The notes beneath the pieces were generated by a model. It was given only the letters and a program-made list of their open reading frames with translations, had not been told where the DNA came from and made no database searches. Shown here in pieces: positions 40,454 to 49,136 of a stretch of 55,543 nt of DNA; within the stretch, counting starts at the first letter, position 1; each line of letters opens with the position of its first letter. The position numbers and the translations under genes are program-made. This DNA is from a virus (taxonomy: Duplodnaviria > Caudoviricetes): positions 1 through 55,543 of IMG/VR virus record IMGVR_UViG_3300034044_000049; one strand, written 5' to 3'.

Positions 40454-40995
40454 GATAAATGAGATTGTTCAAGTTCCTTCGAGGGTAGAAAAGTTAATGG
40501 ATACATTGTTACTACATCAATGTCTCCAATAGTAATCCTTTCGTAAAAATGGTCATAATAATAATATATTGGAGCTGATTGTATAAGCCAAGTTATTGCT
40601 TCATTTAGTAATTTTATTTTTCTTCTCCATCTGATTTTTCTAAATTTCTCTGTTTCAGAAGAAAGTAGAAGTTTCTTAAAATTCCATACTCTGTAATAAA
40701 GCTTCAAGTATTCGGCTAAATCCTCAATATGAATATGACTACCAAAGGTTATTGTAGTAGGACGATTGTCATACTCCATAAGTTCGTCATCCTTAATTGT
40801 TGCTATTACTACTTTTTCTTTAAACTTTAATTCACTTGATTTATAAACAGGAAGCTTGATAAAATCAATAGGAATAGTGTAAGATGTGCAAAAATACTCA
40901 ATAGGAAACTCTTTCTTATAAAGGTCAAAAGTATTCTTTTCGACATCTTCCTCTTTAGTATTTTTTAAGTCTTCAAAAAATTCATCTAAGGTCAT
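40450..40995 (-). CDS. Hypothetical protein (~181 aa) directly downstream of the E1-like gene
   Basis: Probable ATG at 40995 (MTLDEFF) overlapping the E1 stop; the track's start at 41019 is an alternative. Confidence 0.6.
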   Translation of the reverse strand: MTLDEFFEDLKNTKEEDVEKNTFDLYKKEFPIEYFCTSYTIPIDFIKLPVYKSSELKFKEKVVIATIKDDELMEYDNRPTTITFGSHIHIEDLAEYLKLYYRVWNFKKLLLSSETEKFRKIRWRRKIKLLNEAITWLIQSAPIYYYYDHFYERITIGDIDVVTMYPLTFLPSKELEQSHLS

Positions 40996-41710
40996 ACTCC
41001 ATAGTTTTAAAGTTAACATTTAATTTTTCAGGAATAGTTGTAATTTCAATATCATTATCTACATTAGTAACAAAATTCGTTACTATATTAGTAATGATAC
41101 CTCCTATCATCATTCCTGTATGAGAAGTAGATTTAAAAGAACATAATGGTTCTTCAAGTTCTTCTTTGGAATAGATATAATTTTCCAAATAATAAGCTCT
41201 TTGTTCTTCGTTTCTTATAGTGATTACCTCCATTATTTCTGGAGATAACCTACCGTCAACTATTAAATCATAACTTTCAGGAGTTAGAGACTCTACAATT
41301 TGTTTTCTACTCTCCATAGAATCCGTTCCTACAATAACGATAGAGACATCGTTTTCCTCTTTTATGATTTTATAGTCTTCTGAATAGTTATCCTCTATAA
41401 TATTTACTTCACATAGAGGGCTTTCTTTTTTTATTCTTTTTTGCATTGCTGCTACTTTAGTTCTACTGATGTCATAAATAGAATAACATTGTCCTGCAAG
41501 ATTTATATCTTCAACAATGTCTTTATCTATTAACACCATATTATGTTTCTCTCTCCCTGAAAATGCTCGGGAGAGAGCAAGACTTGTCCAGCTTCCTATA
41601 GTTCCTACTCCAATAAGAGTGATGGTTACTCTCTTTTCTTTATTTTGTAACCAAGGAGCTGTCTTTTGTCTTTCTACATATCTTCTCTTTTTTATTAATT
41701 CTCTGTCCAT
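40982..41710 (-). CDS. ThiF/MoeB/E1-family adenylyltransferase (ubiquitin-activating-like, 242 aa)
   Basis: RYVERQ, Rossmann GVGTIG, DKDIVEDINLAGQ, TKV, GTDSMESR and DGR motifs; candidate catalytic Cys190 (EEPLCS). Confidence 0.9.
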   Translation of the reverse strand: MDRELIKKRRYVERQKTAPWLQNKEKRVTITLIGVGTIGSWTSLALSRAFSGREKHNMVLIDKDIVEDINLAGQCYSIYDISRTKVAAMQKRIKKESPLCEVNIIEDNYSEDYKIIKEENDVSIVIVGTDSMESRKQIVESLTPESYDLIVDGRLSPEIMEVITIRNEEQRAYYLENYIYSKEELEEPLCSFKSTSHTGMMIGGIITNIVTNFVTNVDNDIEITTIPEKLNVNFKTMEYDLR

Positions 41711-43119
41711 ATTTCTAATTTGGTTAAGTTGTCCATAAATTCTTTTACTTGAGGCAAGTGTTTTAGAATAACTTCCTTATAAACTTCAAATGGAGCGTCA
41801 TCATATAAGTCTTCAAATTGAATCATTCCTCTCATCAAATCTTCTTCTGTTCTTTTTAGTTTTATTTGATTTCTTTTTAAAGGTTTGATAATTTGCTTAT
41901 CATAGTCAATTACTTTAGCAGCTTTTACGGGGTCTTTAGCAAAACATTCTAAGAAATGTTCTACAACTTCTAATTCTTCTGCCAAAGAAAGTTCTAATGT
42001 AGGAACTTCAATTTCATTTTCTTCCCCGAATTGCCCATAAAAATCTATAAATTCGTCAGCTAATTCAGGTTGAGACTCTAATTCTTTTAAAAACTCATTT
42101 AAGTTATTATAAATACCATAAGAATGGTCACCCAAGAACTCTTTTATATCAAGATATTCTTCAGGAGTAATAATACTGAGAGCTTCTTTCAATGTCTCTC
42201 CTTTTAAAGCTCCCTTCCTTACAGTAGAATAAGGAGCATAAAAATGTCCAAAATTATTATAGAAGCAAGTGTAAGCATTAGTTCTTGTCACTTTAACATC
42301 CTTTTTCCTATAGGATTTAGGTAAAAGAGTATTAAAGAAATTGAACATTTTTTGAACAAAATCATCCGAAGAAGCTAAGGTTGTACTTTTGGTAGTAGTT
42401 CCTTTAACTCGTGAGTTGGTTGGAGTAGTGGGATTATTCCAAGAATAATATCCGAAAAGTAATTTAGGGGTGCGTTTTTCTTCTAAAATATCCTCTATTT
42501 GCTTCTTTATCTCCTCTTCATTTTCATATAAAACATCACAGGTTACATAATTGATTATATTTTTTGAATTTTTCAGTGTAACCAATTTTTGATATTTCCC
42601 CCCTTTTCTAATTTTAACTACGCGGGTGCTTTCTTCTTCTGAATTAAAACATAATCTTGCAATAGGTTTTCCTCCATTTAAGTAGTTTACTATTACAGAA
42701 AGATAAATTAAATTATTTGGAGTATTATTCCGTAACTCATTTTCATCTGTTCCTGAGAAGAAAGTATCCATCCCGTGATGAGTATGAATTAATCCAGGGA
42801 GATTACCTTCGAACAACTCATTGGTAAGCTCTTCGGGATACTCTTCCATATTATCTATCTCTATCTCTGTATTTGCAGAAGTCCCTATATCCATTAGATA
42901 AAGATTAGATATTTTTATAGAGGCACCTTTAGAAACAATTTCGGATATATCTTTGGTATTAATAGAATAACTAATAATACCTGACCATTCTGTTGAACCT
43001 ATATGACGGTGTAAAATATTAATCATTCGTGCTACTTTATCTGAAATAATTACAGATATTTTAGCTCCTTTAAGTTCCCTCAATTCTAATTGGGGAGTGG
43101 TGTTTGCTACTTTTTTCAT
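41695..43119 (-). CDS. JAB/MPN+ (JAMM) metallo-isopeptidase with long C-terminal extension (474 aa)
   Basis: Glu44 (TEWSG) and exact H-x-H-x7-S-x2-D motif: H112-T-H114-HGMDTFF-S122-GT-D125. Confidence 0.88.
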   Translation of the reverse strand: MKKVANTTPQLELRELKGAKISVIISDKVARMINILHRHIGSTEWSGIISYSINTKDISEIVSKGASIKISNLYLMDIGTSANTEIEIDNMEEYPEELTNELFEGNLPGLIHTHHGMDTFFSGTDENELRNNTPNNLIYLSVIVNYLNGGKPIARLCFNSEEESTRVVKIRKGGKYQKLVTLKNSKNIINYVTCDVLYENEEEIKKQIEDILEEKRTPKLLFGYYSWNNPTTPTNSRVKGTTTKSTTLASSDDFVQKMFNFFNTLLPKSYRKKDVKVTRTNAYTCFYNNFGHFYAPYSTVRKGALKGETLKEALSIITPEEYLDIKEFLGDHSYGIYNNLNEFLKELESQPELADEFIDFYGQFGEENEIEVPTLELSLAEELEVVEHFLECFAKDPVKAAKVIDYDKQIIKPLKRNQIKLKRTEEDLMRGMIQFEDLYDDAPFEVYKEVILKHLPQVKEFMDNLTKLEIWTEN

Positions 43120-44048
43120 ATAATTTTATAAGTTAATGATCCTGCTAAACAAGATTTAATTAAGTTATCTGAAATAACAATTTCTTCTTTTTTTCCCACT
43201 GAATCGTAAGTAAGAGTTTTTAAAAAATATACTCCTGGAATTATTGTTCTATCAGGATAGTAGGTAGTATCAGACAATGTAATATATTTATCCTTGTATG
43301 AAAGTTCATTAATTCTTTTATGTAGGTAATCACGTAGTTTAGTAAAAGGAATTTTAGTAACAGTGGGATCACCTAAAAATCTATCCATTACTTTCTTTAC
43401 TTCTCGTCTGACTGTACTTTTTAACTGATCAGAATTCTCAGGAGATTCATAAAGATCTATAGCTGATTTATAGGGAACTCCTGAAGAAGATTCCCATTCC
43501 AAAAACCCTCTAAAATTCATAAATTGTTCAAGACCTTTGTCTGAAAAATAAGGACCTAAACAAAACCTGGAACCCACATGAGGATGAGCATACGTTGACA
43601 TTCCTTTATAAAATTTAGTAATAGCTATTCTTTTTGGGCTTATTTCTCCTTCATGAGTACATTGGAATCTTACTAATATATCCCCTAAATCATAATATAA
43701 TCCCGATTCAGTTTGTAAAGTTATATTTTCATACAAGAACCATGTATTTTGATAGTCATCGATTAGAAAGTTATTCCAATTTTCTACCACATAATTTAGA
43801 AAAGTAAGTTTTAATGACTTTATTGTTTCATTTTTTTCAGCATCTTCTATACGGGTTTTAAATCGGGAATAATATTTGTCTAAAAAAACTTTTTTTTCTT
43901 CTTTTATAGGGATTTCAATGTCCTTGAGATCAAGGGAAATATCAGGAAAAATACCAAGAGAAGTTTTTAAGAAAAAGAAAATAGTATGTAATCTTTTATT
44001 AGTGGATAATGTATACTTATCCGTTTCTTTCACAATCATGTTTTCCAT
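43116..44048 (-). CDS. Prokaryotic E2/UBC-like conjugating enzyme (310 aa)
   Basis: YAHPHVGSRFCLG matches the E2 HP[NH]h...CL motif with candidate catalytic Cys163; lies between the Ubl and JAB genes. Confidence 0.7.
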   Translation of the reverse strand: MENMIVKETDKYTLSTNKRLHTIFFFLKTSLGIFPDISLDLKDIEIPIKEEKKVFLDKYYSRFKTRIEDAEKNETIKSLKLTFLNYVVENWNNFLIDDYQNTWFLYENITLQTESGLYYDLGDILVRFQCTHEGEISPKRIAITKFYKGMSTYAHPHVGSRFCLGPYFSDKGLEQFMNFRGFLEWESSSGVPYKSAIDLYESPENSDQLKSTVRREVKKVMDRFLGDPTVTKIPFTKLRDYLHKRINELSYKDKYITLSDTTYYPDRTIIPGVYFLKTLTYDSVGKKEEIVISDNLIKSCLAGSLTYKII

Positions 44049-44051
44049 AGT

Positions 44052-44567
44052 CTAAATAAGATTAGAAAATTCAGAATATTGAGTTCTAAGGATAGATCTT
44101 GTGCTATCCCATTTAGAATTAAGTTTTATTTTAGGAATAAGTCGAACACCACTATAATAGAACTCATTTGTGGGTATATTCCTCTTTTTCAAAAGGCAAA
44201 GTCTAATATTATTTTTTATATCTGAAAAAATACTATATAACTCAGCCATTGAAACAGAAAGAAGAGGGATTTCCCCCTCTTCTGTTTCAACATCAGTTCC
44301 TGCTTCGGTTTTAGATACTGATAATACTATAGAACAATCTGTTCCATTAGGATTACCGTTTACATCCACACCTTTTGCTACAGGCAAAGGATAATCATCT
44401 CTGTTGTTTAAAGATACTTTGTCTTCTCTAAGGAATGCAGTATGATTTTGATTCATGATTCCTTTATCAATAAGTTCAGCTTTTAATTCTTCCCATGTTT
44501 TTGCTTTTGTTTCTACTTTTGTGGTTCCCCCGATTAGTGGAGAAAATACATTAATGATTCTTTTCAT
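44052..44567 (-). CDS. Ubiquitin-like (beta-grasp) protein with C-terminal extension (171 aa)
   Basis: Residues 1-90 give a strand-strand-helix-strand-strand-strand pattern (RIINVFS / TTKVET / TWEELKAEL / ... / CSIVLSV) ending KTEAG; first gene of the E2-JAB-E1 run. Confidence 0.62.
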   Translation of the reverse strand: MKRIINVFSPLIGGTTKVETKAKTWEELKAELIDKGIMNQNHTAFLREDKVSLNNRDDYPLPVAKGVDVNGNPNGTDCSIVLSVSKTEAGTDVETEEGEIPLLSVSMAELYSIFSDIKNNIRLCLLKKRNIPTNEFYYSGVRLIPKIKLNSKWDSTRSILRTQYSEFSNLI

Positions 44568-44994
44568 AATTTTTAATTGGTTTAATAATTACACCTGGAT
44601 TTGTTTTATCTATTGAAAAATATTCTCCATTTATTGATAATGGTACTGGAAACATAATAGTCGTATTATCATCTTCAATCCATTCATACTTAACCATAAG
44701 ATCTTGAACTGTTTGTAATGGATTAATAAAATCAAATTTATGTTTGGTGGATTTTATAAAATGAAATCCGATAAAATAAGGTTTAGTTTTGGGAAGCATT
44801 TTTTTAAAGGCTGCTTTTATTTCAGTATTACTCCATATAGGAGCAGTAATTCCCTTATATGCTTTAACAGCAGGAGCATCTATAAGAAATTTTCCTGCAC
44901 ATATTCGGTTATTTTTTCCTGAAGGAGTGTTTTCTGGAATAAAAATACAGTCTTTATAGCTCTCCAAAACTACTTTTAATAAAGTGTTTTGCAT
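44551..44994 (-). CDS. RusA-like Holliday junction resolvase (147 aa)
   Basis: PSGKN N-terminal motif and DFIN...QDLM...IEDDN acidic motif. Confidence 0.75.
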   Translation of the reverse strand: MQNTLLKVVLESYKDCIFIPENTPSGKNNRICAGKFLIDAPAVKAYKGITAPIWSNTEIKAAFKKMLPKTKPYFIGFHFIKSTKHKFDFINPLQTVQDLMVKYEWIEDDNTTIMFPVPLSINGEYFSIDKTNPGVIIKPIKNYEKNH

Positions 44995-45925
44995 AAGATT
45001 TTCCTTTTAATTTAACAAGGTCACTAATATCTTTGGCTTCCTTTATAAACAATGTAGGAAGATTATACGTAGTAGAGGCGATATTGGCAAATGTTCTTCC
45101 TGCTTCATCATTGTCTAAAAGGATAATGATATTAGTGAACCTTGCTTTAAGAGCTTCATAGTGATATTTAAGAGAGTTCATAAGATTGTTTTCTGAAGGA
45201 GGAGCTACTGCATAGTATTCTCCTAACTCCCATAAAGTCATTACATCTTTATAAGATTTAGTAATGATTAAAGTTTCCCCTGATGTAGGAATGAGAGTTT
45301 CTCCTTCTAAATCTCTCAAAGATAAGTTTGTTCTCCATTTATTATTAATATCTTTTGGTTGAAGAATTTTTCTTTTATCAAAAGAAAAGAAATACTCAAA
45401 TCCAAAAGATACTTTATTTGCCCCATAGGGAGTGAAATAATAATCTATTTGATGGACATTAAATCTTTTAAGAGTTTTTAGAGTAATTCCATATTGTTGG
45501 AAATACTCCAACCCTTCTTTTGTCCAAGGTATCCTATGGGTACGGAGAACTAATTTATCTTTTTGAGTGTTTTTGGAATGGACTACTGAAGATGATTTTT
45601 TCTTAGGTAGGACTTTAATATCTGAAGAAGATAAGTTAAAGTCATAACATATTTTTCTAATAGCTTCCTCAGTAGAAAGCTGGTACAATTCTTTTACAAA
45701 TCCAAGAGCATTAAGTTTCTTCCCAGTACCAAAATCAGTGAAAAGTAATAAGTCATCATACCATCTTAAACAACAAGATGGAGACCTATCTTTTCTTAAA
45801 GGAGATAAAAAAGGACGAAACGGATTTTTGACATCCAGGTAATAGTCAAAAATCTGTTTCTGTCCTATAGTATTCATAATTTCTTCTACACTATAAGTGA
45901 TAGTATTTTTGGTAGAAAAATTCAT
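44954..45925 (-). CDS. DNA primase, Toprim type (323 aa)
   Basis: SPLRKDRSPSC degenerate Zn-binding region, ITKSYKDVM and LLDNDEAG (DxD), KDISD. Confidence 0.85.
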   Translation of the reverse strand: MNFSTKNTITYSVEEIMNTIGQKQIFDYYLDVKNPFRPFLSPLRKDRSPSCCLRWYDDLLLFTDFGTGKKLNALGFVKELYQLSTEEAIRKICYDFNLSSSDIKVLPKKKSSSVVHSKNTQKDKLVLRTHRIPWTKEGLEYFQQYGITLKTLKRFNVHQIDYYFTPYGANKVSFGFEYFFSFDKRKILQPKDINNKWRTNLSLRDLEGETLIPTSGETLIITKSYKDVMTLWELGEYYAVAPPSENNLMNSLKYHYEALKARFTNIIILLDNDEAGRTFANIASTTYNLPTLFIKEAKDISDLVKLKGKSYAKHFIKSSFGEL

Positions 45926-45936
45926 TTTAATTTAGT

Positions 45937-46563
45937 TTACCATAAGTCATCTTCTGTTTCTGCAGAAGTTTCAAAAGGATCTTCTTCTAACCCTGCATTA
46001 GTTAAGTTAGGGTTGTCATTAGGTTGAACAGGCAATCTCTTTATATCTTTTGTTTCATCAAAAGTTAAAGTAGAAGGATTTTGATTTACAGGTTCAACAA
46101 ACTTATAGTTTCTTAAAGAAGCTTTTATCCAAGAAGATTTAGAGGGGTCTGATGGAGCTATTTCCTCTCCTGAGAAAACAAATCTCCCTACTTTTCCTTT
46201 AAATACTTTATTAATTCCTTGGACAAACTCTTCAGCAGAAGAAGCGGTTTCAGTTACTTTATCTAAAGCACTTCTCACCCCTAATTTATCTGCCAAATAA
46301 GCAACTCTCCACTTGGTTCCTGTTCCTTTATCAGGCTCCCAAGCTTTTTCCGAAAGATACCATACAGTAGTTCCTTCTTTTCCTGTAGGTTTCTTTGTTT
46401 TTTCATCCATTTCTTCAAAATGAATTTCCAAGTAAGGGGTTTTCTTTTTAGAAGACTCTCCGTAAGTTATCTCTTTTATTCGAGCAACTACTATTCCTGG
46501 AGAAATGTATTTAGAATCTCCGAAATCTTTGGCTTCATAGCCTTTTGTTGAAAAGTTTGACAT
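45937..46563 (-). CDS. Putative single-stranded DNA-binding protein (208 aa)
   Basis: OB-like beta pattern and acidic tail ending ETEDDLW; between the Sak4-like ATPase and primase. Confidence 0.65.
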   Translation of the reverse strand: MSNFSTKGYEAKDFGDSKYISPGIVVARIKEITYGESSKKKTPYLEIHFEEMDEKTKKPTGKEGTTVWYLSEKAWEPDKGTGTKWRVAYLADKLGVRSALDKVTETASSAEEFVQGINKVFKGKVGRFVFSGEEIAPSDPSKSSWIKASLRNYKFVEPVNQNPSTLTFDETKDIKRLPVQPNDNPNLTNAGLEEDPFETSAETEDDLW

Positions 46564-46584
46564 ATTCTATACGTTTTTAGGTTA

Positions 46585-47325
46585 TTAAATTAAATGTTCA
46601 TTTGTTTTAATTGCATTTAAAACTAACTGTAAGTTATTGGGAATAAACTTTTTCTCTTCATCAGAGTACTCGTTTAATATTCCCATACTTCTTGCAGGGT
46701 AAGTAATACCATCAATAGTAGTACGTTTGATAATAAATTTATAGCGTTCTTCTTCTGGAACATCATCATCAGGAATGCAGTAAGTATAAAGAAGAATATC
46801 AAAATAGCTGTCTATTTTGAACTTTTCTGTTATCATCTTACCTCCTGGTACAAATATCTGAAATTTATTTTGATATTCGTCAAATTCACTGTGAAATTCC
46901 ATAACTATTACTAAATCATCTCGTAATTTAGCAATAGTATTAAAGAACGCATTGAGCAAATCTGCTGCAAGTTCCCAAAAACGTTGAAAGGCTTCCCCTC
47001 CTGCTTTTCTTTCAATAAATTGCTTATTACTCAATACATTACTGATATAATGAGTAAAGTCAGGAATAATAAGCGTTTTAATAGTTGGATATTGTTTGGC
47101 AATCTTTTCAATATATGTTTGTACTTTTGTAATATCAGGAGTATTTAACACAAAGAAGTTTCCAGAAGGTTTTCCATCTTTAACTTCAAAAGGTTTAGCT
47201 CCTTTAATATAATGTGCCTTACGAGAAGGCATTAGTACAAACGTACTATCGGTATCTTCAATGAAGATCCGTGAATAAGATTTGCCAGTGTTAGGTTCAC
47301 CAACTAATCCGATCAATCTCGCCAT
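46585..47325 (-). CDS. Sak4-like / AAA_24 P-loop ATPase (recombination, 246 aa)
   Basis: Walker A GEPNTGKS, Walker B LIIPD, GKMI...IDSYFDILLY. Confidence 0.8.
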   Translation of the reverse strand: MARLIGLVGEPNTGKSYSRIFIEDTDSTFVLMPSRKAHYIKGAKPFEVKDGKPSGNFFVLNTPDITKVQTYIEKIAKQYPTIKTLIIPDFTHYISNVLSNKQFIERKAGGEAFQRFWELAADLLNAFFNTIAKLRDDLVIVMEFHSEFDEYQNKFQIFVPGGKMITEKFKIDSYFDILLYTYCIPDDDVPEEERYKFIIKRTTIDGITYPARSMGILNEYSDEEKKFIPNNLQLVLNAIKTNEHLI

Positions 47326-47611
47326 TGTTAATTTGTTTTTTAATTAATAATTCTTTTTCCTTCTTTTTGTTTCTATTTCCACATAAGAAGAATTTCCCTT
47401 CTTTAGCTGCTTCTTCTTGTATTTTTCGTCTTATTCTGGAAATAGACTGTATAGAAGGAATCTTCTTTTTTGCCATAAGTTCTAATGAATCCCTTAAAGA
47501 GATATTTTTATCTACTTTATTCTTAATAAATATCCAATAAAGCAGAAAATCATCATCTCTTGTTTTCGGGTAGTTCATTAAAATGGCATAAACTTGGTTA
47601 TAATTACGCAT
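47297..47611 (-). CDS. Small basic hypothetical protein (104 aa)
   Basis: 'PKTRDDD' and 'SISRIRRKIQE' motifs; overlaps both neighbours. Confidence 0.6.
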   Translation of the reverse strand: MRNYNQVYAILMNYPKTRDDDFLLYWIFIKNKVDKNISLRDSLELMAKKKIPSIQSISRIRRKIQEEAAKEGKFFLCGNRNKKKEKELLIKKQINNGEIDRISW

Positions 47612-48566
47612 CTAATACCTCATTATATTTTAAGTTATCTTTCATAACTGCAATAAAGGGTTCTCCTTCTCTCATTTTTAAGTAATGATGGAAGATTTTA
47701 CCCGTAGTATCTATTTTTTGAGGTCCATAATAGCGTATTCCCAACATTCTTGGATTATGAGATACTAATACAATATCCGAAAATTGATATAAAGCATCAC
47801 TTGCAAATATATCCTGTTTTTTAGGATAGTGCATTAGTGGATCCTTAATTCTCTCGGAAGATTCAATATTCCTATTAAGTTGAGAAAGAATGATAAATGT
47901 AACTTTGATAGATTTTTTTAGATTATTGAACATGCTCATTAAATCTATAAGGGTTTGTCTTTCTCCCTCCCCTAAAACTAATAAAGAGTGGTCTAAAGTA
48001 ACTACTACCCCATACTCGGAATCTACTGAATTATTACCTCGAGAAAGAGCAAAAGATAATATAGACTTCCTAATTTGTTCTACAGTTCCTGGAATGTCTA
48101 TATAATGAATATCATATTGAGATATTCTTTTAAGCTCTTGTCTTATACGTAGTAAATCTTCATCAGTAAGTTCCTTATCCGAAGCACTATAAATCTCCTG
48201 AGTAGTTTTTTTAACTCTATTTGAAACTTTTCTCCCTACAAGATTTCTTGCTAACATTTCAAAGTTAAACGATAATATTCCAAATTTTTGGTCTGGATTT
48301 AAATCTATAAGGGAAGTTTCTAATTGATTAATCATTGCAGTCTTTCCTGAACCAGACATACCTGCAATGGTAATAATAGTGTTCCACTCTATTCCCCCCA
48401 TAGAAGCTTTATTAAATTTCTTCCAAGGAGTTTTAAGAGACTTGATTTCTCTATTTTTTCTCTGTTTTATGTATGTAAAAGTTTCCTTCGCAACATCAGA
48501 GATACTTTTATAGGGAAGTCCCTTATAGTCTTTTTGTTTATTATATGAGCTTTTCTCCATAATCAC
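47604..48566 (-). CDS. DnaB-like replicative helicase, ATPase domain only (320 aa)
   Basis: AGMSGSGKT, FEM, TLDH, LSQLNR and KMREG motifs. Confidence 0.9.
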   Translation of the reverse strand: MIMEKSSYNKQKDYKGLPYKSISDVAKETFTYIKQRKNREIKSLKTPWKKFNKASMGGIEWNTIITIAGMSGSGKTAMINQLETSLIDLNPDQKFGILSFNFEMLARNLVGRKVSNRVKKTTQEIYSASDKELTDEDLLRIRQELKRISQYDIHYIDIPGTVEQIRKSILSFALSRGNNSVDSEYGVVVTLDHSLLVLGEGERQTLIDLMSMFNNLKKSIKVTFIILSQLNRNIESSERIKDPLMHYPKKQDIFASDALYQFSDIVLVSHNPRMLGIRYYGPQKIDTTGKIFHHYLKMREGEPFIAVMKDNLKYNEVLDA

Positions 48567-49131
48567 TGTGGTTTACATCATCATAATTTTCTTCTTCTAA
48601 TAGGTATTCGAATTTTTCCCAATCTCTTTGATTAAGCCAAGTTTCCAAATTGTGCATAAACATCATTTGATTATGATTCTTTCTATAAGATATTTCTAAT
48701 GAAAGAACCTTCATTATATGCTCATGCAACTTTAAATTATTTTTAACAATAGAGAGATACTTCTTTTTAGCTTTTTGATTAGATTTAGCATCAGGATCGA
48801 GAGCTCTTAAAGGTCTAAACCCCCCTGTTCCACTTGGAACTTTGTGAGGAAAGATAGACATAAATTCATACCAGATACTATCAGTAGTATGAAATAAATC
48901 AAATCCTTTAGGCTTTAAAATGAACTCTCCGTTCTGATTCATTATATAATCATTTTCCACTAAATAATCAATGTATTCTGTTGGAAATACTTGAAGAAAA
49001 GAGAGAGCAGTAATTTCTCCCTCTGAATCTGACACTTCCTTTAAATGTAATAAAAATAGATACATATCAGCAGTTATTTCTGAATCCTCCCATAGTTGAT
49101 GAGGATTGATAGAAATTACTCTGTTCAACAT
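48541..49131 (-). CDS. Putative replication initiator / helicase-loader-like protein (196 aa)
   Basis: wHTH-like N-terminus, 'EFMSIFP' and 'ETWLNQRDWE' motifs of phage replisome organisers; adjacent to DnaB. Confidence 0.55.
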   Translation of the reverse strand: MLNRVISINPHQLWEDSEITADMYLFLLHLKEVSDSEGEITALSFLQVFPTEYIDYLVENDYIMNQNGEFILKPKGFDLFHTTDSIWYEFMSIFPHKVPSGTGGFRPLRALDPDAKSNQKAKKKYLSIVKNNLKLHEHIMKVLSLEISYRKNHNQMMFMHNLETWLNQRDWEKFEYLLEEENYDDVNHSDYGEKLI

Positions 49132-49136
49132 ATCTA

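Noticed and set aside
40982-41710. ThiF as a thiamine/molybdopterin auxiliary metabolic gene
   Set aside because: No thiG/thiS/moaE/sulfurtransferase neighbours and no zinc CxxC motifs; the context is E2 and JAB.
7607-44048. Patatin plus E1/E2/JAB read as a type II CBASS operon
   Set aside because: No CD-NTase is visible, patatin is over 30 kb away on the opposite strand, E1 and E2 are separate genes and a dedicated Ubl is present.
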